Source: Calditrichales bacterium (GTDB taxonomy: Bacteria; Calditrichota; Calditrichia; Calditrichales; J004). From it: DNA of 64,000 nt. Positions within the stretch are counted from its first letter, which is position 1; the number at the start of each line of letters is the position of its first letter. The notes under the pieces are model-generated. The model searched no databases. It saw nothing but the letters and a program-made list of their open reading frames with translations, and was not told where the DNA came from. Position numbers and translations under genes: made by a program. The stretch is from assembly GCA_015493745.1 (NCBI GenBank), contig WGCN01000099.1:1541-65540 (forward strand), read 5' to 3'. This document shows positions 35,621 to 45,495 of the stretch, one piece after another.

Positions 35621-38600
35621 GTGATGATCGCAAAGCCACGCTATACCATTGTTTTGGTTTTGATATTTTCCTTTTTGTGTATTCAATCGGCCATGGCCGG
35701 CACAACGGGAAAACTGGCAGGAAGGGTGACAGACGCCGAGACCGGCGATCCGCTTCCCGGAGTGAATATTTTGCTGGAAGGCACAACAATGGGTGCCTCG
35801 GCCGATGTGAACGGTGAATATTATATTATAAACATCCCCCCCGGTACCTATGAGGTTCAGGCTGTTTATATAGGGTTTACCACCAGCATTGTCAGAAATG
35901 TGCAAATAAATATCGACCGTACCACCCAGGTGGATTTTGAGCTGTCGCAAACCGTTCTGGAGCAATCCGAGGCCATTGTGGTGGAAGCCCAAAGCGAAGT
36001 GATACAGAAAGATATGACCGGCTCCCTTTCCACGGTAAGCTCTGCAGATATCGACGACATGCCGGTGCAAACCATCAGCGAGGTCATCAATTTGCAGGCC
36101 GGGGTTATCGAGGGTGACGGCGGAATCCATGTCCGCGGGGGGCGCGCCGGGGAAACCCGTTTTATGGTGGATGGTGTTTCCATAACCAATCTGAACGGTA
36201 GCCAGGGTATCGATATTGAAACCGATGCCGTGCAGGAAATGCAGTTGATCAGCGGTACCTTTAACGCTGAATACGGCAAGGCCATGTCGGGAATTGTCAA
36301 CATCATCACCAAGGAAGGCGGGGATGAGTACTCGGCACAGGTGCAGGCCATTCTCGGTTCCTTTTACAGTCAAAGTGATATCTACAGCGTTATGAATAGC
36401 TATGGACCGGGTTTCAGTTCGGTCGTGGGTAAAACGGTTATGATCGATCAGTCGGATAAGCCCTTGTCGGAGATACGGCCCAACTATGATGTGCGGGGTA
36501 TCCTTTCCGGGCCGGTGCCCTTTTTGGGCAAGGATTTTAACTTTTTTGTCAGCGGCCGCTTTACCAGCAACAACGGCTATCTGTACGGCCGCCGGTGGTT
36601 CACACCGCAGGGGCTGCCCGGAGACAGCGCCCTGGTTCCGCTAAGGCCGCAAAATTCCAGCTCCATCCAGGGGAAAATCACCTGGCGCCCCTTTCCCGGT
36701 TTTAAATTGAGCTATTCGGCTTTTTACAATTACTCCAGGCGGGATCGCTTTACCAGCATCGTTAACCGCTATGTGCCCGACTCCGGCCCGATGAGCCTGA
36801 ATCAGGGCCTGTCACAGACTTTGTCCTTAAATCATGCTTTTTCTGCCAGTACATTTATGGATTTTAAATTGAGCCGCTATGATACGGAACGGGAAAGTTA
36901 CCTTTATAAAGACCCCACGGCCATGCCGGGCTACTTTATCCGTATTTATAAGGAGATAGACGGGGAAATCGTTCAGGAAGATGTCTATTATTCCTCCAAT
37001 AGCGAGAAGGATGCCATTGTGGCCAATGCCAAGGAAAACGGCTGGTCCTATGAGTTTATCATCGATCCCAAAAGATCCGAAGGGTATATCGATCCCGTTC
37101 TGAATTCAAATCCCCTGTCCTATTCTTTCCGCAGCCGCTATGTACCACCCGATTTCAGTTTCAGCAAGGATCAGTTCTGGCTGGCCAAGCTTGACCTGAC
37201 CAGCCAGGTGTCCAAACATCACATGGTTAAGGGTGGTTTCGAGGCTATTTATAATACCGTGGAGCGCAAGGGTTTTACCCTGCGGCCCAAGACCGACAGC
37301 GACGGCAACCAGATTGAACCCTATGAACCCTACGTGGAAGATGAAAGCAGTATCTGGACCAACTCCTTTACGCGCAATCCCATAGAGATATCGGCCTATA
37401 TTCAGGATAAGATGGAGTTTGATCAGCTTATCGTCAATCTCGGTCTGCGCATGGATTATTTTGATCCCGATTATATTACCCCTGTCGATCCGCAAGACCC
37501 CGATATCTATAACCCCGCCAATCCCGAGTGGATAGGCCCCAACTGGGATGAGGACTATTACTTTAACCTGAAGACGGCCGAGGAAAAACGGGCCTATGAG
37601 CAGGCCAACAGCTATACGCCGGAAGAACGTCGCAAGCTAATGCAAAAACGGGTTAAGCCCAAGGTACAGGTCAGTCCGCGTATCGGTCTGGCCTATCCCA
37701 TAAGTGAAAAAGGCGTTATTCATCTTTCCTACGGTCACTTCTTTCAAATGCCGGACGCTCGTTATCTCTATGGCAACGCCTCCAGCATCCGTCCCGATTA
37801 CAAACTCTCGGTCGGATCTCAGCAACAACTGTTTGGCAATGCCGATCTTAAGGCTGAGCGCACGGTACAGTATGAAATAGGGCTGCAATCCGAAGTTATG
37901 CCCGGTTTTGGTCTGGACATAACCCTGTTCTATAAGGATATCCGTGACTGGATCGGTATTTCACCGCCGGTGGATACCAAACACGGCCAGGTTACCCGCT
38001 ATGTACAGTATGAAAACAAGGACTATGCTAATATACGCGGTGTCACATTATCCTTCGAAGCCCGCCCAACGCGTAATTTTACCGCCATGGTGGATTACAC
38101 CTTTCAGGTAGCCGAGGGAACATACTCCTCCCCCAATGACGCCTATGCCGCCCTGCTCAGCAATCAGGAGCCGGCGCAAAAGCTGATTTATATGGACTAT
38201 GACCGCCGCCACAGCCTGAACGGTATTTTTACCTACCGCTGGGAAGGCTGGGTTGCTTCTCTGATCGGGAAATTTAACACCGGATTCCCCTACACCCCGG
38301 AAAAGGTGGCCGGTTCACCCCAGGCCAACTACCGTGGCTGGCGGGAAAATATCGCCCGCAGGCCCAATAACAGCCAGGTGGATTTACGGGTGGACAAAAC
38401 TCTGCTAACCCTGGCCGGTATGACCCATAAAATCTACTTAAGGGTATTTAATCTGTTTGATCAAAAGAGTGAACTGCAGGTCTTTTCCGATACCGGAACG
38501 GCGGCCTACACCAGTTACGGAACACACAGTTGGGTCAGCTATAACCCCAACCGTATCGGTTCTCTGGAACACTATTTGTTAAATCCCACGTGGTATCAGC

Positions 38601-38641
38601 CGCCACGGGAAATACAGCTCGGCTATATCATAAACTTTTAA
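35621..38641 (+). CDS. SusC-type TonB-dependent outer-membrane receptor (CarboxypepD_reg + plug + barrel)
   Basis: Signal peptide, then a carboxypeptidase-regulatory-like domain (GKLAGRVTDAETGDPLPGVNILLEG..YEVQAVYIGF), a plug (IHVRGGRAGETRFMVDGVSI), a ~800-aa barrel and a terminal ..LGYIINF. Confidence 0.85.
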   Translation: MMIAKPRYTIVLVLIFSFLCIQSAMAGTTGKLAGRVTDAETGDPLPGVNILLEGTTMGASADVNGEYYIINIPPGTYEVQAVYIGFTTSIVRNVQINIDRTTQVDFELSQTVLEQSEAIVVEAQSEVIQKDMTGSLSTVSSADIDDMPVQTISEVINLQAGVIEGDGGIHVRGGRAGETRFMVDGVSITNLNGSQGIDIETDAVQEMQLISGTFNAEYGKAMSGIVNIITKEGGDEYSAQVQAILGSFYSQSDIYSVMNSYGPGFSSVVGKTVMIDQSDKPLSEIRPNYDVRGILSGPVPFLGKDFNFFVSGRFTSNNGYLYGRRWFTPQGLPGDSALVPLRPQNSSSIQGKITWRPFPGFKLSYSAFYNYSRRDRFTSIVNRYVPDSGPMSLNQGLSQTLSLNHAFSASTFMDFKLSRYDTERESYLYKDPTAMPGYFIRIYKEIDGEIVQEDVYYSSNSEKDAIVANAKENGWSYEFIIDPKRSEGYIDPVLNSNPLSYSFRSRYVPPDFSFSKDQFWLAKLDLTSQVSKHHMVKGGFEAIYNTVERKGFTLRPKTDSDGNQIEPYEPYVEDESSIWTNSFTRNPIEISAYIQDKMEFDQLIVNLGLRMDYFDPDYITPVDPQDPDIYNPANPEWIGPNWDEDYYFNLKTAEEKRAYEQANSYTPEERRKLMQKRVKPKVQVSPRIGLAYPISEKGVIHLSYGHFFQMPDARYLYGNASSIRPDYKLSVGSQQQLFGNADLKAERTVQYEIGLQSEVMPGFGLDITLFYKDIRDWIGISPPVDTKHGQVTRYVQYENKDYANIRGVTLSFEARPTRNFTAMVDYTFQVAEGTYSSPNDAYAALLSNQEPAQKLIYMDYDRRHSLNGIFTYRWEGWVASLIGKFNTGFPYTPEKVAGSPQANYRGWRENIARRPNNSQVDLRVDKTLLTLAGMTHKIYLRVFNLFDQKSELQVFSDTGTAAYTSYGTHSWVSYNPNRIGSLEHYLLNPTWYQPPREIQLGYIINF

Positions 38642-38656
38642 TAAATGGATTAAAAA

Positions 38657-41600
38657 ATGAAAAGAATACATCTCATCCTTTTTATACTGTTGGCCGGAGT
38701 ATTGTTGGTTCAGTCCCAGGAGTCCATCGACAAACTGAACGGCGATATGTTTTATAACCGGCGCGGTTTGCATAACGGCAATCAAATCCGCACCTCTTTT
38801 GGAAACGACGGACAGATAGGTTTCCGCGGCGCCCGCGGTTCCACCCGGGAAATCCCCGGAGAGTGGCCGGTAAATTCCGGACATGTCTATTTAACCAAAA
38901 TCGTACTTTTGCCCATGGCCGAAGTCCGCGATAAAAACGGAAACATCGAGCACATCGTGTCGGAGTCCCACGGCACAAATACCACCTGGGAGTTCCTGAC
39001 GTCCATTGGTGACCTGGATGTGGATGGCCGCTGGCGGACAATCACGCCCCTGCCCGGTTTTATCAACCCGGCCCTGATGACCCTGCCCGCGGATTCGGCC
39101 TCTCCGGCCCTGAGCGACCTGAGGAACACCTGGCCCATGTTCTGGCCAGATAAAATGAAAGACCCCTTTGATCCGGGCTGGCCGGGACAGTGGAACGGTT
39201 ACTTTGGAAAAGGGCAGATCAAGGCCGATCAGGAAAGTTATTGGGTGGCCGACGATTATCAGAACGATGAATTCGATTATTTTCCCGATGAAAACAATCT
39301 CAGCCGCCGGGGCATGGGCATTCGCATCTTTTACCGTGGCTTGCAGTGGTCGAATCCCATGGTGGAGGATGTTATGTTCATCATTTACGATATCGAAAAC
39401 GTGGGCACCAAAAGCCTGGATAAAATGAACTTTGCCATGCTTCCCGATATTGACGCCGGACCGGTTATCGGCGAATGGGATTTTAACCCCGATAAAAACT
39501 CTTTCGAAAAAGAGGAAGACTGGTTTTATATATATGACGAAAACTGGGTAAACGCCGGGGTGGGCGCCTATTTTACACCTATCGCCTATTGCGCCTATGC
39601 CCTGTATGAAACGCCCGGTAACGAGTTTGACGGCATCGATAACGACCAGGATGGCGATTTGGGTAAAACCGCCGGTTCCACGGGTGAAGGGATCAATATC
39701 ACCGAGTCCCTTTTTCAAAGGGGGCCGCTCGGGCTGACCGACACCATTGTGATTGTGGACTATAAAACCTATAAAAGAACTCTTAACACCCTGGAGGGTT
39801 TGAAACTTTCCAGCCCGGAGCTTTTTTCCGGCGATACCCTGGTCATCGACTTTATCGGCCGTCCGCAAAAATTCTGGCCCGGAAAGGAGCTGGATGAAAT
39901 TCCCTTTAACAATATCGATGACAACTTAAACGGTCTGATTGATGAAAATAACGGTACCGAAGTGGAAAACGGCCTGTTTAGCTACATTTATGAAGGCAAC
40001 CTGGCCATAGACTATTTTAGCGGAGCCGGAAAAAACAATCCCATGATCGACGAGAGCCGCAAGGACGGCATCGATAATGACAAGGATTGGACTTTTCTCG
40101 ATGACTCCGGGGTGGATGGTAAAAAGGAGACCGGCGACTATGGCGAGGGGGATGACCTGCCCACCAGTAAGTATCAATGGCTGGGCGACAGCCTGATCGT
40201 CCATGACGGCCCGGGTGAGCCGAATATCGATGCCACCGATATTACCGAAAGCGACATGATCGGTATGACCTCCTATTTCAGTACGCAGGACTGGCAAGCC
40301 TATCTGTTGTGGGAAGATGAAAAATTATGGAATGTTACCATCCCCGGTAAAATAGAAGGTATTGCCCATACCGTGGAGGTCTCTTTTATGGGCTCGGGCT
40401 ATTTCCCGCTCCCCTCCGGACAGATCGAGCGTTTCTCCGGCGCCATAATGTATAACAACAAGCTGGACGGATTAAGACGCACCAAGGCCAATGCCCAGCG
40501 AGCCTATGACGGTAACTATCAGTTTTACCGCGCGCCGGAGCGGCCCACGCTGCGCGCCGTGCCCGGTGACGGCAAGGTGACCCTCTATTGGGATGATCTG
40601 GCCGAGAAATCGGTGGATCCGCTGTTGGGTGAGGACTTCGAGGGATACCGCATCTATCGCAGTACCGGTATCGATTTTAAGGATATGCCTCAAATCACCA
40701 ATGCCTTTGGCGATGAAAAGTTGATGGAGCCCCTGGCTCAGTTTGATCTGATTAACGGCATTAAAGGTCTTTCACCCGGTGTGATCGAAGGGGTTCAGTT
40801 CTATCTGGGCGATGATACCGGCCTGCGACATGAATGGGTGGATACCACCGTGGTCAACGGTCAACGCTATTTCTACTATATATCCTCCTATGATCATGGT
40901 GATCCGGCCTCACTGGTGGCTCCGACGGAGAGCAATAAAACCATCCTGCTGGATCCGACCACCGGCGATGTGATTAAAAAGAGTTCCAATGTGGTGGTGG
41001 TTACCCCCAACGCCTCATCGGCCGGTTATCAAAGAGCCCCGGACGATGTGGGTATCGAACTGGCCGAGGGGGTTTCCGACGCGGTGCTCTATCTGGAGGT
41101 TTTTGATTCTCCGGCCATAAAGGATGACAACCGTTACCGGGTTACTTTTGAGGATTCCGTGATCGCCGTACCGGGTTATCAGAAAAAACAACTGGTCACC
41201 ACATCCGTTACCCTTGAAAATTTAACGACCGGTAAGGTTTTGCTGGACCGCACCACAAAAGGTCTGTTTGGCACGGAATTTCCGGTAACCGAAGGCTTTA
41301 AGCTGCATTTGAACAATCCTCCGGTGGTGAAAGTGGACACCACTTCCGGCTTTGAGCGCCAGGGGGTATACAAGCCGTCCTTCGCCACCTTTTACAAAGG
41401 AACAAAGGGCACCATTACCGCCGATGATTACCTGATCGAATTCGGCGAAGTGGGTATCGATACCTCCACGCAGTTCAAACCGGCCAGCAAAAACCTGCCC
41501 GCCAAGCCGGTCAACTTTACCATAACCAATCTGGTAACCGGGCGGAAGATAGACTTTGCCTTTAACGAGCGCGATCCGTTTCCCTCCGTTCCCGCGGATG

Positions 41601-42175
41601 AGGCCGGTAAGTTTACCTTTAAATCGGGCCGGTTTGCCTTTTCCGATGAGATCTATTTTCTGGAGGAGGATGAAAACGGTGATTTGCAAACCACCTGGCT
41701 GGTAAAAATGGGTGAGAGCACCAATCCGGCGGATACCACCAATCCCGGTCCGGGGGATGTGCTGACCCTGAAAACCATAAAGCCGGCCCTGGCCCGCGAT
41801 GCCTTTGAGTTTACCACCATCGGCGAGTCGATAGACCAGAAAAAGGCTGCCGCCGAGATGGATCGCATTAAGGTTGTGCCCAATCCCTATGTGGTAAGCA
41901 ACAGTTGGGAAAGGAACAATCCTTTTAGTACGGGCCGCGGACCGAGGGAATTGCATTTTACCCATCTGCCGGCCAGGTGCACGATCCGTATTTTTGATGT
42001 CGCCGGACAATTGGTGGATGTCATTGAAAGGGATGTCAGCAATGTGGTGGATGGCGTACAGGTTTGGGATATGCGCACCAAGGATGGTTTGGAAATCGGG
42101 TTTGGTATTTATATCTATTACATAGACGCCCCGGGTGTGGGTACTATTGCCGGTAAGTTTGCCGTTATTAAATAA
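38657..42175 (+). CDS. 1172-aa secreted protein of unknown function with DxDxDG-type Ca-binding loops and a T9SS C-terminal sorting domain
   Basis: Signal peptide (LAGVLLVQSQE). Acidic loops are DGIDNDQDGD (39629-39658), NNIDDNLNGLIDENNG (39908-39955) and DGIDNDKDW (40064-40090). The C-terminal domain (41867-42172) reads KVVPNPYVV..CTIRIFDVAGQLV..GIYIYYID..GKFAVIK. Confidence 0.6.
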   Translation: MKRIHLILFILLAGVLLVQSQESIDKLNGDMFYNRRGLHNGNQIRTSFGNDGQIGFRGARGSTREIPGEWPVNSGHVYLTKIVLLPMAEVRDKNGNIEHIVSESHGTNTTWEFLTSIGDLDVDGRWRTITPLPGFINPALMTLPADSASPALSDLRNTWPMFWPDKMKDPFDPGWPGQWNGYFGKGQIKADQESYWVADDYQNDEFDYFPDENNLSRRGMGIRIFYRGLQWSNPMVEDVMFIIYDIENVGTKSLDKMNFAMLPDIDAGPVIGEWDFNPDKNSFEKEEDWFYIYDENWVNAGVGAYFTPIAYCAYALYETPGNEFDGIDNDQDGDLGKTAGSTGEGINITESLFQRGPLGLTDTIVIVDYKTYKRTLNTLEGLKLSSPELFSGDTLVIDFIGRPQKFWPGKELDEIPFNNIDDNLNGLIDENNGTEVENGLFSYIYEGNLAIDYFSGAGKNNPMIDESRKDGIDNDKDWTFLDDSGVDGKKETGDYGEGDDLPTSKYQWLGDSLIVHDGPGEPNIDATDITESDMIGMTSYFSTQDWQAYLLWEDEKLWNVTIPGKIEGIAHTVEVSFMGSGYFPLPSGQIERFSGAIMYNNKLDGLRRTKANAQRAYDGNYQFYRAPERPTLRAVPGDGKVTLYWDDLAEKSVDPLLGEDFEGYRIYRSTGIDFKDMPQITNAFGDEKLMEPLAQFDLINGIKGLSPGVIEGVQFYLGDDTGLRHEWVDTTVVNGQRYFYYISSYDHGDPASLVAPTESNKTILLDPTTGDVIKKSSNVVVVTPNASSAGYQRAPDDVGIELAEGVSDAVLYLEVFDSPAIKDDNRYRVTFEDSVIAVPGYQKKQLVTTSVTLENLTTGKVLLDRTTKGLFGTEFPVTEGFKLHLNNPPVVKVDTTSGFERQGVYKPSFATFYKGTKGTITADDYLIEFGEVGIDTSTQFKPASKNLPAKPVNFTITNLVTGRKIDFAFNERDPFPSVPADEAGKFTFKSGRFAFSDEIYFLEEDENGDLQTTWLVKMGESTNPADTTNPGPGDVLTLKTIKPALARDAFEFTTIGESIDQKKAAAEMDRIKVVPNPYVVSNSWERNNPFSTGRGPRELHFTHLPARCTIRIFDVAGQLVDVIERDVSNVVDGVQVWDMRTKDGLEIGFGIYIYYIDAPGVGTIAGKFAVIK

Positions 42176-42207
42176 ACCCATGGGGAAAAGATTTGGAAGG
42201 AAATGTA

Positions 42208-43236
42208 ATGTTGCGATATAAGAAGATTTATTTAATGGTTCTGTTAATGTGCGGCCTGAGCATGGGGCAGGTAACCAAGGTGGGTACCACCGTGGCCAAC
42301 TTTCTTTTGATAGAATCGGGCGCCAGGGCGGTGGCTATGGGTGGGGCCTATGTGGCCGTTGCCGAAGGGCCGGTGGCCATGTATTGGAATCCCTCGGGTA
42401 TTGCGCAGATTAATAAGTTTTCCACCTCCTTTAGCCGCAGCGACTGGCTTCTGGATTTAAGCTATAACTTTGTGGGAGCGGTTATGCCGGTGGGCACCAA
42501 CGGCACCCTGGGGATAAATGCCCTTTTCCTGAGCATGGATGACATGCAAATTACCACGGAGTATTTTCCCGAAGGAGTGGAGAACGGCTATTTTAGCGCC
42601 GGCAACTATGCCGTGGGGGTTAGTTATGGCTTCAGGTTGACCGACAGGTTTTCCATGGGCTTTACGGGAAAGCTTATCTATGAATATATCTCGCAAAGCT
42701 CGGCCACGGCCGTGGCCATGGATATCGGTACCCTGTATGTTACCGAGTTTGATGATCTGCGCATAGGCATGAGCATCTCCAACTATGGCACCAAAATGCA
42801 ACTGAGCGGCGGTGATTTGCTGATTCAGCACGATCGCTATGATCAGGAAGGCAACAATCCCAATATCAACGCCAATCTGGCGACGGACTCCTTTGATCTG
42901 CCGTTGATTTTTCGCTTTGGCCTCAGTTGGGATGCCTTGAAGGGCAAGCATGACAGCAATCTGCTTTTGGCGGTGGATGCTCTGGTACCCAACAATAATT
43001 ACCAGAGTCTGAACGCCGGCATGGAGTATGTGCTGAAGAAAATGTTCAGCCTGCGCGCCGGTTACAATACCTGGTATGGCTTTGGGCAAAAAGATGAAAA
43101 CGATCAAAGCGGCCTCTCCCTCGGTGTCGGTTTAAAGTACTCCTTTGACGCCACGGCGGTGAGCATCGATTATGCCTACCGGGACTATGGCGTTTTAAAT
43201 GACATCCAGATGTTTGCCATCCAATTATCCTTTTAA
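42208..43236 (+). CDS. PorV/PorQ (LptO)-family outer-membrane beta-barrel
   Basis: Signal peptide, then VGTTVANFLLIESGARAVAMGGAYVAVAEGPVAMYWNPSGIA, which is the characteristic PorV-family N-terminal block. The pattern is beta-rich and ends ..FAIQLSF. ATG at 42208 lies 6 nt after GGAAGGA. Confidence 0.65.
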   Translation: MLRYKKIYLMVLLMCGLSMGQVTKVGTTVANFLLIESGARAVAMGGAYVAVAEGPVAMYWNPSGIAQINKFSTSFSRSDWLLDLSYNFVGAVMPVGTNGTLGINALFLSMDDMQITTEYFPEGVENGYFSAGNYAVGVSYGFRLTDRFSMGFTGKLIYEYISQSSATAVAMDIGTLYVTEFDDLRIGMSISNYGTKMQLSGGDLLIQHDRYDQEGNNPNINANLATDSFDLPLIFRFGLSWDALKGKHDSNLLLAVDALVPNNNYQSLNAGMEYVLKKMFSLRAGYNTWYGFGQKDENDQSGLSLGVGLKYSFDATAVSIDYAYRDYGVLNDIQMFAIQLSF

Positions 43237-43240
43237 AGAA

Positions 43241-43275
43241 GGATGCGGGATTAAATATCCCGCATCCCATATTTT
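43241..43275 (+). terminator. rho-independent terminator closing the outer-membrane operon
   Basis: A perfect 11-bp stem GGATGCGGGAT-TAAAT-ATCCCGCATCC followed by CATATTTT, 5 nt after the stop codon. Confidence 0.8.
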
Positions 43276-43347
43276 GACTAAACATGCCCGGTTAAGGCCC
43301 GGAAACGTCCGGTTACCTGATTGGGCTTTCATTTAAATTAAAAGACT

Positions 43348-45489
43348 ATGATGCGAATATTGTTTGTCACCCTGACGGTGATGATTATGATTATGTTGGC
43401 CTCTTGTGGCCGGGACAAGGGAAAGAGTGCCTTTTCCGAATCCGCCTCCGAATTGACTTTCGAAAATGATGCCTTGCGCCTGTCGGTTGACGATGGCATG
43501 AATATCCGTCTTTTGCGGAAAAATAACGGTAAGACTTTCAATCTGGTGAGTCCGGGCCGCGATCCTTTTACGTTGGTGATTAACGGACAGGAACTGAAAG
43601 ATTTTACGCTGGATCGTAGGCAAACGCAAATCCTGCCTCTTGACAGTCTGTGGGGTAAGGGGCAGCGGCTGATTGTCCGCGGAAGGACCGCCGGGCCCTC
43701 CGGTTCCGAAATCGGGAAAACACTCTTCATCGACCTTTACGATGATTTTCCTTCGGCGGTTCTCCTTTCCGCACGGTATAGAAATATAAGCCATACGGAC
43801 AGCCTTTTTGTGAACAAGGAGATCAATAACCGTTTTCGCCTGGATGCCCGGTTGGAGAATCCCGCCCATAAAAGTTATGATTTCTGGATTTTGCAGGGCG
43901 GTTCCTATAAAACGCGGCCCGACTGGATTATGCCGGTTACGGCCGATTTTGATTATTTAAATTATCAGGGACCGGATTATGAAAACGATGAGGCTGGCGG
44001 CGGTCTGCCGGTTTTGGATGTCTGGTCGAGGGAAACGGGTTTTTTGATTGGCAGTGTCGAGGAAAAACCCACCCTGATCTCATTGCCGGCGCGGGTGGCG
44101 GGGGACAGCCTGTTACATATCGCCATTGAATACGAGCGCGAGGATCATAAATTCACCGCCGGCTATCAATCCATCACCACCGTTATTGCTGTGCATGAAG
44201 GTGATTTCTATAACGGTCTGAAAAATTACAGGGATATTATGGCCGGCCGGGGACTTAAAATGATAAGTCTCTCCGCGGATAATCCCGTCTATGACGCCAT
44301 CTGGTGTGGTTGGGGGTTTGGGCCGGACTTTACCACTTCCCAGATGATTGAAATGATTCCCCTGTTAAAGGAGTGGGGCATAAAGGTGGTGACGGTTGAT
44401 TTCGGCTGGTTTACGGCCAATGGCGATTTTGACCGGCTTAATCCGGAAATTTTCCCCAACGGCGAATCCGATATCCGGGCCTTTGTAAAAACATTTCATG
44501 ATGCCGGGTTCCGCATAAAGCTCTGGATAACCCCGGCCATAGCCGGACCGGATTTGATGGCCCGTCATCCGCAATGGCTGATGAAAGACCGCCATGGCCT
44601 TTTGTATCAAAAGGAAAAGTTTGGCAAGCCGTATGCTTTTTTATGCCCCGCCGTGGATGAGGTGCGCGCCTATTACGGGCAATTGACCCGGAAAATAATC
44701 GGCGACTGGGGCTTTGACGGTTTTAAGGCCGATCAGGAAATCATCAACGCCATCCCCAATTGTTACAACCCGGCTCACAACCACCCTACCCCCCAGGCCT
44801 CGTTTGAAGAGCTTCCGGGGCTTTATAAGATTATGGCCGATGAAACCTTTAAAATAAAACCGGACGCCATCCTCGAGGTATGTCCCTGCGGCATGTTCCC
44901 CTCATTTTATAAAATGCCCTATTACAACCAGCCCTTGTCATCGGATTTTAACACGCAATGGCAAATTCGTCACCGCGGCAAAGTCATAAAATCCCTGATG
45001 GGCGCCAATGCCGCTTATTATGGCGACCATGTGGAACGCCACTACACACCGGACTATTTTGCTTCTGTCATCGGCAGCGGGGGTATTCCCGGGACCATGG
45101 CCGTGTTACGCGAAGAGGATAACTATCCCGTGTTGAGGGCCAAATACCCCGGCTATATTTCACCGGAAAGAAAAGTGCTGTTTAAAAAATGGCTGGACTT
45201 GTATAAACGCTATCCTTTAAGCAAGGGGCACTATCAAAATCTGTATGATCTGGGTTATGACATCCCCGAGACCCATGCCATCGAGAAAGACGGGGTGATG
45301 TACTATGCCTTTTACGCCGATAAATGGTCGGGAACAGTTGAGTTACGCGGTCTGAAAGACGGTACGTATGATATCGTTGATTATGTTAACGATGTGACTC
45401 TGGCCCGCATACAAGGCCCGGGAAAGATAACGGTAGAATTTGAACGCTATCTTCTGGTAAAAGCCGTACCGGCCGGTTCCGGGAATTAA
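43348..45489 (+). CDS. GH36-like (clan GH-D, alpha-galactosidase-type) glycoside hydrolase lipoprotein
   Basis: Lipobox (MLAS|C). At 713 aa the size is right for GH36. The blocks VTVDFGWF, KLWITP, GFDGFKADQE and EVCPCGMF correspond to the DDGWF, WxEPE, KWD and CxGGG blocks of GH36/27 enzymes. Confidence 0.45.
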   Translation: MMRILFVTLTVMIMIMLASCGRDKGKSAFSESASELTFENDALRLSVDDGMNIRLLRKNNGKTFNLVSPGRDPFTLVINGQELKDFTLDRRQTQILPLDSLWGKGQRLIVRGRTAGPSGSEIGKTLFIDLYDDFPSAVLLSARYRNISHTDSLFVNKEINNRFRLDARLENPAHKSYDFWILQGGSYKTRPDWIMPVTADFDYLNYQGPDYENDEAGGGLPVLDVWSRETGFLIGSVEEKPTLISLPARVAGDSLLHIAIEYEREDHKFTAGYQSITTVIAVHEGDFYNGLKNYRDIMAGRGLKMISLSADNPVYDAIWCGWGFGPDFTTSQMIEMIPLLKEWGIKVVTVDFGWFTANGDFDRLNPEIFPNGESDIRAFVKTFHDAGFRIKLWITPAIAGPDLMARHPQWLMKDRHGLLYQKEKFGKPYAFLCPAVDEVRAYYGQLTRKIIGDWGFDGFKADQEIINAIPNCYNPAHNHPTPQASFEELPGLYKIMADETFKIKPDAILEVCPCGMFPSFYKMPYYNQPLSSDFNTQWQIRHRGKVIKSLMGANAAYYGDHVERHYTPDYFASVIGSGGIPGTMAVLREEDNYPVLRAKYPGYISPERKVLFKKWLDLYKRYPLSKGHYQNLYDLGYDIPETHAIEKDGVMYYAFYADKWSGTVELRGLKDGTYDIVDYVNDVTLARIQGPGKITVEFERYLLVKAVPAGSGN

Positions 45490-45495
45490 GGGCCT

